In this document: positions 39,994-50,575 of the stretch, piece by piece | Position numbering within the stretch: the first letter of the stretch is position 1 | Layout of the letters: the number at the start of each line of letters is the position of its first letter | From: an uncultured Bacteroidaceae bacterium | GTDB lineage: Bacteria > Bacteroidota > Bacteroidia > Bacteroidales > GCA-2748055 | Assembly (NCBI GenBank): GCA_964526475.1 | Contig: CAZGKF010000003.1 | Coordinates: 5,997 to 69,996, forward strand | DNA length: 64,000 bases | Direction: 5' to 3' | Notes under the pieces: generated by a model | The model's input: the letters and a program-made list of their open reading frames with translations, nothing else | Databases searched by the model: none | Told to the model about the DNA's origin: nothing | Position numbers and translations under genes: made by a program

Positions 39994-42900
39994 ATGATAT
40001 TAAATTCCTTTATTAAATACAACCTCATCACCGGTTGGATTATATTTTTAATAGCTCTCGCAACCTACATCCTTACTCTGGAACCTGGTGTGAGCTGGTG
40101 GGATGCAGGAGAACTCATTGCGTGTTCATACAAACTTCAGATCGGTCATCCGCCGGGTGCTCCTTTATATCTTATGGCAGGCAGGGTGTTCTCATTACTT
40201 GCAGGGGATGTTTCGATGGTGGCATATATGGTTAATCTGATGTCAGCTCTTGCCAGTGCATTTACTATTCTTTTTCTTTTTTGGACAATCACACATCTTA
40301 CAAGGAAGTTTTTTGATACTGAAAATGTTCTCACAAATGAAAAAATTATCCTTATTTTAGGATGTGGGATAACCGGTTCTCTCGCATATACCTTTTCTGA
40401 CACTTTTTGGTTTTCGGCTGTTGAAAGCGAGGTTTATGCTTTGTCATCACTTTTTACTGCAGTTGTATTCTGGGCTATTCTTAAATGGGAAAATATAGCC
40501 AATACCCCTCACTCAAACCGCTGGTTAATCCTTATTGCATATCTTATGGGGCTGTCGATCGGTGTTCATCTTCTAAATCTTCTTGCAATTCCTGCCATTG
40601 TGCTGGTTTACTATTTTAAAAAATATACTGTTTCCACAAAGGGAACAATATATTCCATCTTAATTTCAGTAATGATACTGTTGCTCTTAATGTATGGTAT
40701 TATTTCCGGCCTTATGGAATTTGCATCATGGTTTGAGCTTTTTTTCGTTAATTTCATTGGGCTGCCATTTAACAGTGGGTTATGGTTTTTCATACTTCTT
40801 CTTCCGGCAGGTATTATTTTTGCCATTTACCAGACCCATATAAAACACAAGGTTGTAGCAAATACCATTCTTCTATGCCTGGCATTTATTCTTCTTGGAT
40901 ATTCCTCTTATGCTATGATCTTCATCCGGTCAGCTGCAAATCCTCCAATTGATGAAAACAATCCAAATAATGCATTTAGTATGCTGTATTATCTTAAAAG
41001 GGAACAATATGGTGCCAGGCCCTTATTAACAGGGCATTATTTTGATGCTGAGATTAACAGGGACAAATCAGGATACCCTGTGCTTAAAGAAGGAGCAGCA
41101 GTTTACAGACAAAATGAGGAAACAGGAAAATATGAAGTTGCATACAGGAAACTTAGCCTCGGACAAAAAGGAAACAAGAAACTTTTTCCCAGGATCTATA
41201 GTACGGATCAGGATCATGTAAGAGCTTACCGTGACTGGGGAATGATCAGGGAAGATAAAAAAGCCGGCTTTCATAATAATCTTGCTTTCTTTCTGAATTA
41301 TCAGCTGGGGCACATGTATTTCAGATATTTCATGTGGAATTTTGCTGGTCGTCAAAACGATGTGCAAAGTCACGGTAGTCTGGTTAACGGAAATTGGATA
41401 AGCGGTATTAAATTTATTGATGAATTTAGACTTGGCAATCTGAATGAGTTACCTGATAAATACAAAAACCATCCTTCCGGAAATAAATACTTTCTTTTAC
41501 CTCTTTTGCTTGGTATTGCAGGATTGCTTTACCATTCTTCACGCAAGGTAAAAGATTTTCAGGTAGTTATGGCACTGTTTCTTATGACAGGTATTGCAAT
41601 AGTTATTTATCTGAATCAAACTCCCTACCAGCCAAGAGAAAGGGATTATGCATACGCCGGATCATTTTATGCCTTTTCGATCTGGATCGGGATAGGGGTA
41701 ATAGCTGTTTATGAATGGGTCAGGCCCTTATTTAGAGGAGTTCTTTCTGCCACCTTGTCTGTCTTCTTATGTATTATCCTTATACCAGGCATAATGGCTC
41801 AACAAAACCTCGACGATCATAACCGCTCCGGACGTTATACTGCAAGAGATATAGCAAAAAATTATCTTACATCCTGTGATAAAAATGCTATTATTTTCAC
41901 AAATGGAGATAATGATACTTTTCCTCTCTGGTATGTTCAGGAAGTAGAAGGTTTTCGCACGGATGTAAGGATAGTAAATCTGATGCTTTTAAATGCCGAC
42001 TGGTATATTGATCAGATGAAAAAGAAAGCATATGAATCTGATCCTCTTCCTATTACACTTCCACGGAAAAAATATCTGGAAGGTGTAAATAATTCCTTAT
42101 ACATGTTCGATGACACCGGAAGAATGAATGTAGAAGTTCTGATAGAAGGTTTGCGCTCGGATGACATTCGTTTTAAGCATATAACTTTAACCGGTGATTC
42201 TATGGATATACTACCTGCAAATAAATTTATCCTGTCTGTTGACACCTCTGTTGTTATAAGTAACGGAACTGTTCGACCTGCTGATGCAAATCTGATCGAA
42301 AATCCGGTCAGCTGGGAGATCAAAGGAACCCGAATACCTAAAAGCAGCCTTATACAGTTAGATATTCTCGCAAATAATAACTGGGAAAGACCAATATATT
42401 TCATAACCGGTGGTAATGAAGGGGCTTTATACCTTGAGGAGTTTTTTCAGCTGGATGGTATTGCATACAGGTTGGTGCCGATTAAAACACCTGCACAGGA
42501 AAGATTTTTTGATGCCGGCAGAATTGACACCGGAATATTGTATAAAAATCTTATGCATGAATTTTCGTGGGGAAGAATGAATGAGAAGGATGTGTATCTT
42601 GATCATTATAATATCAGAACCTTTTCAGTTATTAAATTCAGAAAAAACTTCATCAGACTTGCTGAGGCATTAATTAAGGAAGGAAAACCTGAAAAAGCAG
42701 AGGAAGTGCTAGACCGCTGTATGAACCTCGCCCCTCATGAAATAATTCCCTATGATCATTTCATTTCCGGGATAACTTATTCTAATACGGAAAATAATAT
42801 ACTTCGTATTTCAGGGATTATCGAAACCTACTATAAATGCGGTGCAATTTCAAAAGCTAATGATTTACTTAAGGAATTTGCAAAGATCCTGCAACAAGAC

Positions 42901-43047
42901 ATCACCTATTACTATTCACTCAAAAAATCTTTTAGCAGAAGATTTGAAAATGAATTCCGGCAAAGTCAGGGATTACTTGCAGAGTTATCTGAAATTGCCG
43001 AAATGTATGGTCAATCTGATCTTTTGGATTTTGTTATCCGGAATTAA
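39994..43047 (+). CDS. DUF2723 / TMEM260-like multi-TM glycosyltransferase (GT-C fold)
   Basis: WDAGE, HPPGAP, FWFSAVESEVYA, GVHLLNLL, RERDYAY, GDNDTFPLWY.QEVE..R.DVR. Confidence 0.88.
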   Translation: MILNSFIKYNLITGWIIFLIALATYILTLEPGVSWWDAGELIACSYKLQIGHPPGAPLYLMAGRVFSLLAGDVSMVAYMVNLMSALASAFTILFLFWTITHLTRKFFDTENVLTNEKIILILGCGITGSLAYTFSDTFWFSAVESEVYALSSLFTAVVFWAILKWENIANTPHSNRWLILIAYLMGLSIGVHLLNLLAIPAIVLVYYFKKYTVSTKGTIYSILISVMILLLLMYGIISGLMEFASWFELFFVNFIGLPFNSGLWFFILLLPAGIIFAIYQTHIKHKVVANTILLCLAFILLGYSSYAMIFIRSAANPPIDENNPNNAFSMLYYLKREQYGARPLLTGHYFDAEINRDKSGYPVLKEGAAVYRQNEETGKYEVAYRKLSLGQKGNKKLFPRIYSTDQDHVRAYRDWGMIREDKKAGFHNNLAFFLNYQLGHMYFRYFMWNFAGRQNDVQSHGSLVNGNWISGIKFIDEFRLGNLNELPDKYKNHPSGNKYFLLPLLLGIAGLLYHSSRKVKDFQVVMALFLMTGIAIVIYLNQTPYQPRERDYAYAGSFYAFSIWIGIGVIAVYEWVRPLFRGVLSATLSVFLCIILIPGIMAQQNLDDHNRSGRYTARDIAKNYLTSCDKNAIIFTNGDNDTFPLWYVQEVEGFRTDVRIVNLMLLNADWYIDQMKKKAYESDPLPITLPRKKYLEGVNNSLYMFDDTGRMNVEVLIEGLRSDDIRFKHITLTGDSMDILPANKFILSVDTSVVISNGTVRPADANLIENPVSWEIKGTRIPKSSLIQLDILANNNWERPIYFITGGNEGALYLEEFFQLDGIAYRLVPIKTPAQERFFDAGRIDTGILYKNLMHEFSWGRMNEKDVYLDHYNIRTFSVIKFRKNFIRLAEALIKEGKPEKAEEVLDRCMNLAPHEIIPYDHFISGITYSNTENNILRISGIIETYYKCGAISKANDLLKEFAKILQQDITYYYSLKKSFSRRFENEFRQSQGLLAELSEIAEMYGQSDLLDFVIRN

Positions 43048-43162
43048 TTAAATTAAACGCTGCATAATAAATATTCATGCGGTTTTTTGTTTTTAATGTT
43101 GTGTAAAGACATGATCTCTATTTTCTCAAATACTTGAATAGCAAATATTATAAATATCTCAA

Positions 43163-44140
43163 CTAGCTCTGTCTGTCTATTAATTCCATGATAAATTTCT
43201 CTATCTCTGCTTTTCTGTAATTTTCAACATTAATAGATGTTAATTTCTGCAACCCTTTATCAAAATAAATCCGGATAATTTTTTCAGTGTGTTTTTTAAT
43301 ATGTAGTTGATGAAAAATGCTCTTTACATTGTTAATTTTATCATCAGGATTTTCAAAAGATTTTGAATATAAGTTTTTAAGAGTATTTTTATGTTTACTA
43401 TCTGCCAGCTCAATAGCTTTAAGATAAAGAAAAGTTTTCTTGTTAGTAATAATATCATTTCCTATTTTCTTCCCGAATTTACTGATATCTCCAAATGTAT
43501 CCAGGAGATCATCCTGTAACTGAAAGCCCATGCCTAAGTTAAAACCAAGCTCATACATATCCTGTGCATCTCTTTCATCGGCTCCGCCTGAAATAGCTCC
43601 TATCCATAGACTGGCAGCAAGAAGAACTGAAGTTTTCAGTCCTATCATTCTCAAATACTCATCCGTATTTACGTCATTTCTATTTTCAAAATCCATATCC
43701 ATCATCTGCCCTTCGCACACTTCCAGGGCGGTTTTAATAAATGCTGAAAAAATGAGTGGCATTACCTCCTTTTCAGCCTGGCTGATTAGCCGGCAAGCCA
43801 GGATGGACATGGTGTCTCCTGAGAGAATGGCAATATTCTGATCCCATTTAACATGAACGGTTGGTTCATTTCTTCTTATTGTTGATCTGTCCATAAGATC
43901 ATCATGCAGAAGAGTGAAATTATGAAAGACCTCTACTCCAAGAGCAGGAAACAAAGCCTTCAGATAATCATCTGTAAACATATTACAGGAAAGCATCATT
44001 AATGCAGGTCTTATGCGTTTCCCCCCACTTGAAATAACATACCTGATCGGATCATACAAATTATATGGCTCAGCAGGTAAAGGAAGCTTCATGAGCTCTT
44101 TTTCGATAATATTTACAGCTTTTTCAATTTTTAACAACAT
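43163..44140 (-). CDS. Polyprenyl diphosphate synthase
   Basis: GGKRIRP, LHDDLMD...RR, GQ..D, KT..L, FQLQDDLLD.FGD..KFGK. Confidence 0.95.
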   Translation of the reverse strand: MLLKIEKAVNIIEKELMKLPLPAEPYNLYDPIRYVISSGGKRIRPALMMLSCNMFTDDYLKALFPALGVEVFHNFTLLHDDLMDRSTIRRNEPTVHVKWDQNIAILSGDTMSILACRLISQAEKEVMPLIFSAFIKTALEVCEGQMMDMDFENRNDVNTDEYLRMIGLKTSVLLAASLWIGAISGGADERDAQDMYELGFNLGMGFQLQDDLLDTFGDISKFGKKIGNDIITNKKTFLYLKAIELADSKHKNTLKNLYSKSFENPDDKINNVKSIFHQLHIKKHTEKIIRIYFDKGLQKLTSINVENYRKAEIEKFIMELIDRQS

Positions 44141-44345
44141 AAAAAGAATTTAATTTGTAAGCTTGCGGAACTTATTTCCTTCTTAAAATAATTGAACAAC
44201 ATTAAAAGTAATCTATTTTTCAACAACTTCAAACTGCCATTTATGTTCACAACAATAGCCTCCTGGCATAAATTATGTTAATTAATTGGAGTGCGGAACT
44301 TAGATATTAATAATTATTTTTAGCAATACAGGAATTCTGTGACAA

Positions 44346-45794
44346 ATGAAACAAAGTACTCTTATTCTGGTTTTGATTTTGCTGATCCAATTTGTGAATT
44401 CACAATATAAATTAGAATTCACCATTAAGCCCCTGAAAAATGAGAAGATAATTCTGGCACATTATTTTAATAAGAATTTTTTTGTTCAGGATTCAGCATT
44501 CATCAATAATGAGGGAAAAGCTATACTATCAGGCACTACTCCACTTCCTCAGGGCTTATACATTGTTTATTTAAGTCCCTCTCTTCGTTTTGACATTATT
44601 ATTGGTGATGACCAGAATTTTTCAATTATTACAGATACTGTAGATTTTGTAAATCACACAATTGTTAAAGGCAGCAGGGAAAATGAAGTATTCTTCGATT
44701 ATCAGCGCTTTCTGGCGGATAAGAGAGAATTATCAAACAGTTTGGTCGAAAAATTTACTCATCCTGATAGTGAAGCTGATTCACTTTCTGCGAGAATTGA
44801 ATTTGAAAAAGTCAACCAAGGGGTGAAAGATTACATTGAAGATATTATTTCCCGTGAAAAAGATCTGTTTGTAAGTAAATTCCTGCTATCCATGAAAGAA
44901 GTTGCAGCACCTGATCCACCAAAAAATAAAGCGGGTATTGTAGCAGACACATTATTCCAGGTTAAATATATAAAGAATCATTACTGGGATCATTTTGATC
45001 TTTCTGATGTAAGAATGTTGCGAACACCATTTTATGAGGATAAATTAAAAAACTATCTGAATAACTGGATCTATCCTTATCCCGATTCTATTTTTAAAGA
45101 AGTTGACTTTCTTATTGAAAAATCAAGAGCTGACACTCTCTTATTCCGGTATATGCTTTCTACGCTATTCAATCATTATGCCCGGAGTAAATTTGTTGGA
45201 ATGGATGCCGTTTATCTATATATTGGTGAAAAATATTTTATTCCCGAAGCCTGGTGGGCCGATAAAAAATTTCTTGCTGACCTGAAAACCAGAGTCTATA
45301 AACAAAGTCCTCTTCTTATTGGAAAAACTGCACCTGACATTCAACTGGTCAGGATCGGCGATGATCATTTCAAATTAGCAGCCCTGGATACTTCCATAAA
45401 AAACGATCCCTATGTTGGCACCTTATTTAACCTGCATTCTGTAAATGCGAAATATATAGTCTTATACTTTTGGGAACCCGAGTGCGGACATTGCAAAAAA
45501 GTTATTCCTGATCTTTATGAGGTATTTCTTCGCAATAAAGAGAAGGGCTTACAGGTAATATCAGTAAATATGCTGGGTTATCCAAAAAAAGCTATGTGGG
45601 TTGATTTCATTAATCAATATCAGATGTATGGATGGATCAATGCATGGAATCCATATAAAATCGAACCATCCTACAGGGAAATTTATAATGTGGAAAACTC
45701 AAATATCTTATATTTACTGGATGAAAATATGAAGATCATTCTTAAATTTGTCGGACCTGAGCAAGTAGAAGATTATATCAAGCGTACTAATTAA
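44346..45794 (+). CDS. Exported TlpA/redoxin-domain protein (DUF4369/DUF5106-type N-terminus)
   Basis: Signal peptide; HYWD, RTPF; C-terminal thioredoxin-like FWEPECGHCK. Confidence 0.82.
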   Translation: MKQSTLILVLILLIQFVNSQYKLEFTIKPLKNEKIILAHYFNKNFFVQDSAFINNEGKAILSGTTPLPQGLYIVYLSPSLRFDIIIGDDQNFSIITDTVDFVNHTIVKGSRENEVFFDYQRFLADKRELSNSLVEKFTHPDSEADSLSARIEFEKVNQGVKDYIEDIISREKDLFVSKFLLSMKEVAAPDPPKNKAGIVADTLFQVKYIKNHYWDHFDLSDVRMLRTPFYEDKLKNYLNNWIYPYPDSIFKEVDFLIEKSRADTLLFRYMLSTLFNHYARSKFVGMDAVYLYIGEKYFIPEAWWADKKFLADLKTRVYKQSPLLIGKTAPDIQLVRIGDDHFKLAALDTSIKNDPYVGTLFNLHSVNAKYIVLYFWEPECGHCKKVIPDLYEVFLRNKEKGLQVISVNMLGYPKKAMWVDFINQYQMYGWINAWNPYKIEPSYREIYNVENSNILYLLDENMKIILKFVGPEQVEDYIKRTN

Positions 45795-45825
45795 ATCTTA
45801 AAATATACTCATTTTATCAGACACG

Positions 45826-46923
45826 ATGAAAGCAACACAAAGCATTAAATTATGGCTTGAAGACGGAACATTTGTTTATGGACAATCGTTTGGTTATGAA
45901 GGCTCTATGGCAGGAGAGGTCGTTTTTAACACAGCAATGACAGGTTATCCCGAGAGCCTTACTGATCCGTCCTATAAGGGTCAGATACTTGTACTTACCT
46001 ATCCCATTATTGGTAATTATGGAGTTCCGGTAGATCAGACTGAAAATAATCTTTTGAAATTCTTTGAATCGAATACTCTGCATATCAATGGACTTATTGT
46101 TTCAGATTATTCAGAATCCTATTCTCATTGGAATGCTCAGAAAAGTCTTGGAGACTGGCTCAAAGAGCATAAAATACCCGGTATTTATGGTGTTGATACC
46201 CGCAAACTCACAAAATTAATCCGCGAAAAAGGTTGTATGCTGGGTAAAATTATTTATAATGAACAAGATGTGGGAATATTCGATCCCGGCCTTCACAATC
46301 TGGTAGAAAAAGTGAGTATTGAGAAAAAAGAAATTTATGGTAATGGCCGTTATAAAGTATTATTAATAGATTGCGGAGTAAAATATAACATTATCCGTTA
46401 TCTTCTTGAAAGGGACACAACAGTGATAAGGGTCCCATGGAATTATGATTTTTCGGAAGAAGAATATGACGGTCTTTTTATTTCCAATGGTCCTGGTGAT
46501 CCAAAGAAGTGCGAAACAACCATCCGGAATCTCTCCAGATCATTTATCAATGACAAACCTATTTTTGGTATCTGTCTCGGAAATCAACTTATGGCTCTGG
46601 CTGCCGGTGCCGACACCTATAAATTGAAATATGGCCACAGAAGTCATAACCAGCCTGTGCTGCAGGTTGGTTCAGATAAAGCCTACATTACTTCCCAAAA
46701 TCATGGATATGCTATAAATAATGCCAGCCTTGTTAAAGACTGGGCACCATTATTTGTCAATCTAAACGATGACACTAATGAAGGAATGATCCATAAATCC
46801 AAACCCTTCTTCTCCACTCAGTTTCATCCGGAAGCTTCAGGCGGACCCACCGACACCTCATTTCTATTCGATCATTTCATAAACCTGATTATTAAGCATA
46901 AAGAAAAAGAAGCTGCTGCATGA
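45826..46923 (+). CDS. carA: Carbamoyl-phosphate synthase small subunit
   Basis: GEVVFNTAMTGY.ESLTDPSY.GQI, SNGPGDP, GICLG.Q, QFHPEA. Confidence 0.97.
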   Translation: MKATQSIKLWLEDGTFVYGQSFGYEGSMAGEVVFNTAMTGYPESLTDPSYKGQILVLTYPIIGNYGVPVDQTENNLLKFFESNTLHINGLIVSDYSESYSHWNAQKSLGDWLKEHKIPGIYGVDTRKLTKLIREKGCMLGKIIYNEQDVGIFDPGLHNLVEKVSIEKKEIYGNGRYKVLLIDCGVKYNIIRYLLERDTTVIRVPWNYDFSEEEYDGLFISNGPGDPKKCETTIRNLSRSFINDKPIFGICLGNQLMALAAGADTYKLKYGHRSHNQPVLQVGSDKAYITSQNHGYAINNASLVKDWAPLFVNLNDDTNEGMIHKSKPFFSTQFHPEASGGPTDTSFLFDHFINLIIKHKEKEAAA

Positions 46924-47101
46924 TGTTTCTTCTTTGAGAATAAATTATCCATAAACTGTTGAGCTTATCTTTCCCTTAAAGATTAACAATAATAACAAAA
47001 CCAGGTTAATCATTTTTTTTTGATCAAAATCATTGTAAAAAATATTTGTTAATAACGTGTTGATAAAAATATTTTTTACATTTGAAATGATTTTTTATAT
47101 C

Positions 47102-47614
47102 ATGAACCGGGTTTCATTTATATTATCAATACTACTGATTGCAATCTGTTTTTCACTGACTGCTCAGAAGGTTCCCCGCAAACTGATATCTGTTTCAGGA
47201 AACAGAGTCAAATCAGCAGGTTACTACCTTTCATGGTCAGTCGGGGAGCCTGTAATAAGCACATTGTCTTCCGGAAGTTTCATACTTACACAGGGTTTTC
47301 AGCAGCCCTCCCTGACAGGTCCCTTGTCTCCAAAACCATTGCCTGAGGACGATTTTATCGATGTTTACCCAAATCCTGTAAGGAATGACCTTACGGTGCT
47401 TTTTGCCATAAAAAAAATCCATGAATACTTTATTGAAGTAATTGGAATGGACGGAAGAAAACTTCATGTCCGGAACATTAATTTTGATGAGTCGATGTTC
47501 TGGGAAGAAAAAATTGATTTTTCTGACTTTAGTCAGGGATTATATCTGGTTCATATTTTTTCGCACGAAGGAAAAATTGACAGATTGTTTAAAATTCAAA
47601 AAATTAAGTATTAA
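47102..47614 (+). CDS. Small T9SS type-A sorting domain protein
   Basis: Signal peptide; SWSVGE...LTQGFQQP; CTD VYPNPV...G.Y.V...KIQK; TACATTTG box at 47077-47084. Confidence 0.85.
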   Translation: MNRVSFILSILLIAICFSLTAQKVPRKLISVSGNRVKSAGYYLSWSVGEPVISTLSSGSFILTQGFQQPSLTGPLSPKPLPEDDFIDVYPNPVRNDLTVLFAIKKIHEYFIEVIGMDGRKLHVRNINFDESMFWEEKIDFSDFSQGLYLVHIFSHEGKIDRLFKIQKIKY

Positions 47615-47619
47615 AGGAT

Positions 47620-48639
47620 ATGAAGAAACTGGTATTTTTCTTTTCAGTATTTATCTTTTTTGTTATTCAGTTATCCGGACAATATTTTCCCGGAGGAATA
47701 AATTACCAGGCTATTGCAAGAGATAACTCAGGAAACGAATTAAAAAACAAAAATATTGATGTAAAAATTACCATTATTTCCGATAATCCTTCCGGAGATA
47801 CTGAATATGCAGAAACACATTCCATTACAACAGATGGTTTTGGATTGTTCAACATTGTAATTGGACAGGGTTCTTTTGTTTTAGGGAAAAAATCGAGTCT
47901 CTCAGATATAGGATGGGGAAATTCTCCTAAATATATGAAAGTGGAAGTTGATTTTGGAAATGGTTATTTAAGTATGGGGACTATGCCATTTCTTGCTGTT
48001 CCATACGCATTGCATTCAGGAACGGCCAGTAATGCATTAACAAGCAATGATTACCAGCAGCTATCTTATAATCCTGTAACAGGGGAACTTAGTCTTACTA
48101 ACGGAGGCAAAATATTCATAGATACTAATGACTCCGATGCCGATCCGGCAAATGAAATCCAGTATCTTTCTGTCAGTGGTGACACTCTGAAATTATCAAA
48201 AGGAGGTGAGGTTATTCTCAGTCCAAAAGTAGCTGCCTTCAGAGCAACCAGAACGGGAGGAAATCCATTAAATGCCGGAGATACTATTGAACTTAAATTC
48301 ACTGACGAAACTCTGGACTCTTATGATTCCTTTGATCCAACAAGCGGGAGGTTCACTGTTCCTTCAGGCAGTGCAGGTTTATATCGCTTCGATGTTAATT
48401 ATCACTTCAAAGATGAAGATCATCTGCTCTTCTTCTCTGTTTGTAATTCGCAACAGCTGAGAATATATGAAGAGAAAATATTAAACTGGCCGGGGACGAG
48501 AACAACAGGCTATAATTCGTACAGTACAATTGTTGATTTAAAGGAAGGGGATTATGTAAGTATTCATCTCATAAATTTAAATCAAACCATCCCTATTTAC
48601 TGTCAGCCAACCATTTTCTCGGGTCATCGTTTACATTAA
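47620..48639 (+). CDS. Secreted protein with a YQA-type N-terminal domain and a C-terminal C1q-like domain
   Basis: INYQAIARD, F.AVPYALH, D.D.DP.NEIQ; C1q-like AAF.A...F...FDPTSG.FT.P...G.Y.F...L..GDYV...FSG. Confidence 0.75.
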   Translation: MKKLVFFFSVFIFFVIQLSGQYFPGGINYQAIARDNSGNELKNKNIDVKITIISDNPSGDTEYAETHSITTDGFGLFNIVIGQGSFVLGKKSSLSDIGWGNSPKYMKVEVDFGNGYLSMGTMPFLAVPYALHSGTASNALTSNDYQQLSYNPVTGELSLTNGGKIFIDTNDSDADPANEIQYLSVSGDTLKLSKGGEVILSPKVAAFRATRTGGNPLNAGDTIELKFTDETLDSYDSFDPTSGRFTVPSGSAGLYRFDVNYHFKDEDHLLFFSVCNSQQLRIYEEKILNWPGTRTTGYNSYSTIVDLKEGDYVSIHLINLNQTIPIYCQPTIFSGHRLH

Positions 48640-48773
48640 AATTACAGGTAAATTATTTTATTTACCCGCAATTGTAACTATTCACCTAATGATAAAAAAA
48701 ATATAATCAGTTAGATTGGTTCTATTCTAAATAGAGGTTGACTTTTATTTAATTATTTTTTTTCCAAATAGTA

Positions 48774-50231
48774 TCAGTCTCTAGGCTTATATACCCTTAC
48801 CCAGTCAATTTCCATTGCAGAAGGCAATCCTTCATGATTTGCCTTCTCTTTCAGGCTGGAGTTAAACATAAGATATAAAGGTTCATCCGGTAACCCCTGA
48901 CTCTGGACTTTGAATACTTCTCCATTGATTTTCCAGGTAATCTTTCCCGGCAACCACTCCAGGGAGTAAATAAAAAAATCTTTTGAATACCTAGAGCCGG
49001 AAGATTTTGATACAGACTTGCTAAATCCTTTATCATATCCATTATTCCAGAAATTTCCCGCGTTAAGCTTGTTTTTCTCAAACTTAAAAACATCAACATG
49101 CGGTAAGATCCTGTCGGCAAGCATGGAGAATGACTGAGTTACTCCTGTCGGGGCAATTTTTACTTTAGCTTCATAAAGACCATATTTCTGCCGGAAATTA
49201 TTTCCTGAGGAGATCAGATCGGAAGTAAACCCAAATTCTTTTTCATAAAACCCCCTTTGTGCATCCCATACCAAAGTGCTTCCTTGTTCACGCTTTGTAA
49301 TAATGCGAATTTTTTTATCGAAAAATTCCAGATTTTTACCATCAGTAAAGGCATGACGGTCGTCTGCCATAACATAATTCTTATGAAAAGTCTTATCTCC
49401 ATGAAGATACCGTGTTATCCATTTTTTTGAATCAAGTTTCCCTCCTTCAAAAGTATCCTCAAAACTCAACTCCCATTTTTCCACATAACGAAATGGGTAT
49501 TTCTTCCTTGTTTTGTAGTACCATATTATCCTGTCGGATTTCCTTAGAATTTCGTATTCCTGAACCTTTTTGAATTCATCGGAAGATTCATATTTTTCCT
49601 TTGGGGAAAGATTCATATAATTTTTAACCTTTGCAAATTCATCGGAATTTACAAATTTTTCAAGCTCATTATATTTCTTTAGTTCATCCGATTCACTGAA
49701 TCTTATATAATCCCGGTATTCAGAAGAATTCTCAAACTTAAAATGGTTAACTATAGCTGTTGATCCTGAAGCTTCTTTATATTCCTTTTCCTTTAATCCT
49801 GCTTCGGAATTTTTATATTCGGAGGAACTTAAGGACGCCTTTTCCTTAATAAATGCATCAGACATTACATAATCCTTCCACTCCAGATATCTCTTAAGTT
49901 CTTTGGATTTTTTGAACGATTCATACTCCCTGAGCTTATCGGAATTCAATACTGTAAAATAGTTAGTGACAGGTTTTGACTTTTTAAGCCTGATATATTC
50001 ATGCTCTTTCCTGTATTCTTCTGTATTTTTATATTTCAGCGATTTGATTTCTTTAATCTTCATTCTGAATTCAGGGGAATTAACTTCTTTCTCAAGGTTT
50101 TCATAATGTTTGAGATCTTCGGAAACTGCAAAATTATTGAAAGCTTCATAATCCTTTCTTAACTGAGTTTCTCTTTGTTCATACTTCGCTGTTTCAGGAA
50201 GCATTCCGAGTAGAAATCTGATACTGGCCAT
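48774..50231 (-). CDS. GH16-like domain protein with a repetitive helical N-terminus; catalytic motif degenerate
   Basis: W.L.FEDTF.G..LD..KW, F.QKYG.YEAK, F..Y.LEW.P..I.W.ING, MEIDWVRVY; ExDxxE replaced by HVDVFK; start 50231 or 50282. Confidence 0.78.
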   Translation of the reverse strand: MASIRFLLGMLPETAKYEQRETQLRKDYEAFNNFAVSEDLKHYENLEKEVNSPEFRMKIKEIKSLKYKNTEEYRKEHEYIRLKKSKPVTNYFTVLNSDKLREYESFKKSKELKRYLEWKDYVMSDAFIKEKASLSSSEYKNSEAGLKEKEYKEASGSTAIVNHFKFENSSEYRDYIRFSESDELKKYNELEKFVNSDEFAKVKNYMNLSPKEKYESSDEFKKVQEYEILRKSDRIIWYYKTRKKYPFRYVEKWELSFEDTFEGGKLDSKKWITRYLHGDKTFHKNYVMADDRHAFTDGKNLEFFDKKIRIITKREQGSTLVWDAQRGFYEKEFGFTSDLISSGNNFRQKYGLYEAKVKIAPTGVTQSFSMLADRILPHVDVFKFEKNKLNAGNFWNNGYDKGFSKSVSKSSGSRYSKDFFIYSLEWLPGKITWKINGEVFKVQSQGLPDEPLYLMFNSSLKEKANHEGLPSAMEIDWVRVYKPRD

Positions 50232-50450
50232 ATAGATTTTTTTATATGCTAAGGTATTAATTGAAAACGGATAATAAAACAAAAAGTTACATTCTTTTAT
50301 ATAACAAATGCTTATGAATAATATTCCATGATAAAGATAAATAAAATGCTATATGAAAGCAACTGCATAATATTCATAAAATAATAATGGTTGTACTATG
50401 AATTTAATGGAAGAATATTAAAAGAATGCAGAATATTCAATATAAATAGA

Positions 50451-50575
50451 GAAAAGTCAAAAAGTTTTAAATATCTGATAATGTGGCAGAAGTCACATCA
50501 GTTAGTTTTATCTGTATAGAAAGTGAGGTATTTCCAAAAAAAGAAATGTTTGGTTTGACATCACAATTAAATAGG
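50451..50575 (+). pseudogene. Four-helix-bundle (23S rRNA IVP-family) gene remnant
   Basis: Hand translation EKSKSFKYLIMWQKSHQLVLSV* (TAG at 50517), then after a frameshift SEVFPKKEMFGLTSQLNR; matches the family pattern F.DL.VWQK...L...Y.....FP..E.FGL.SQ..R. Confidence 0.75.
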
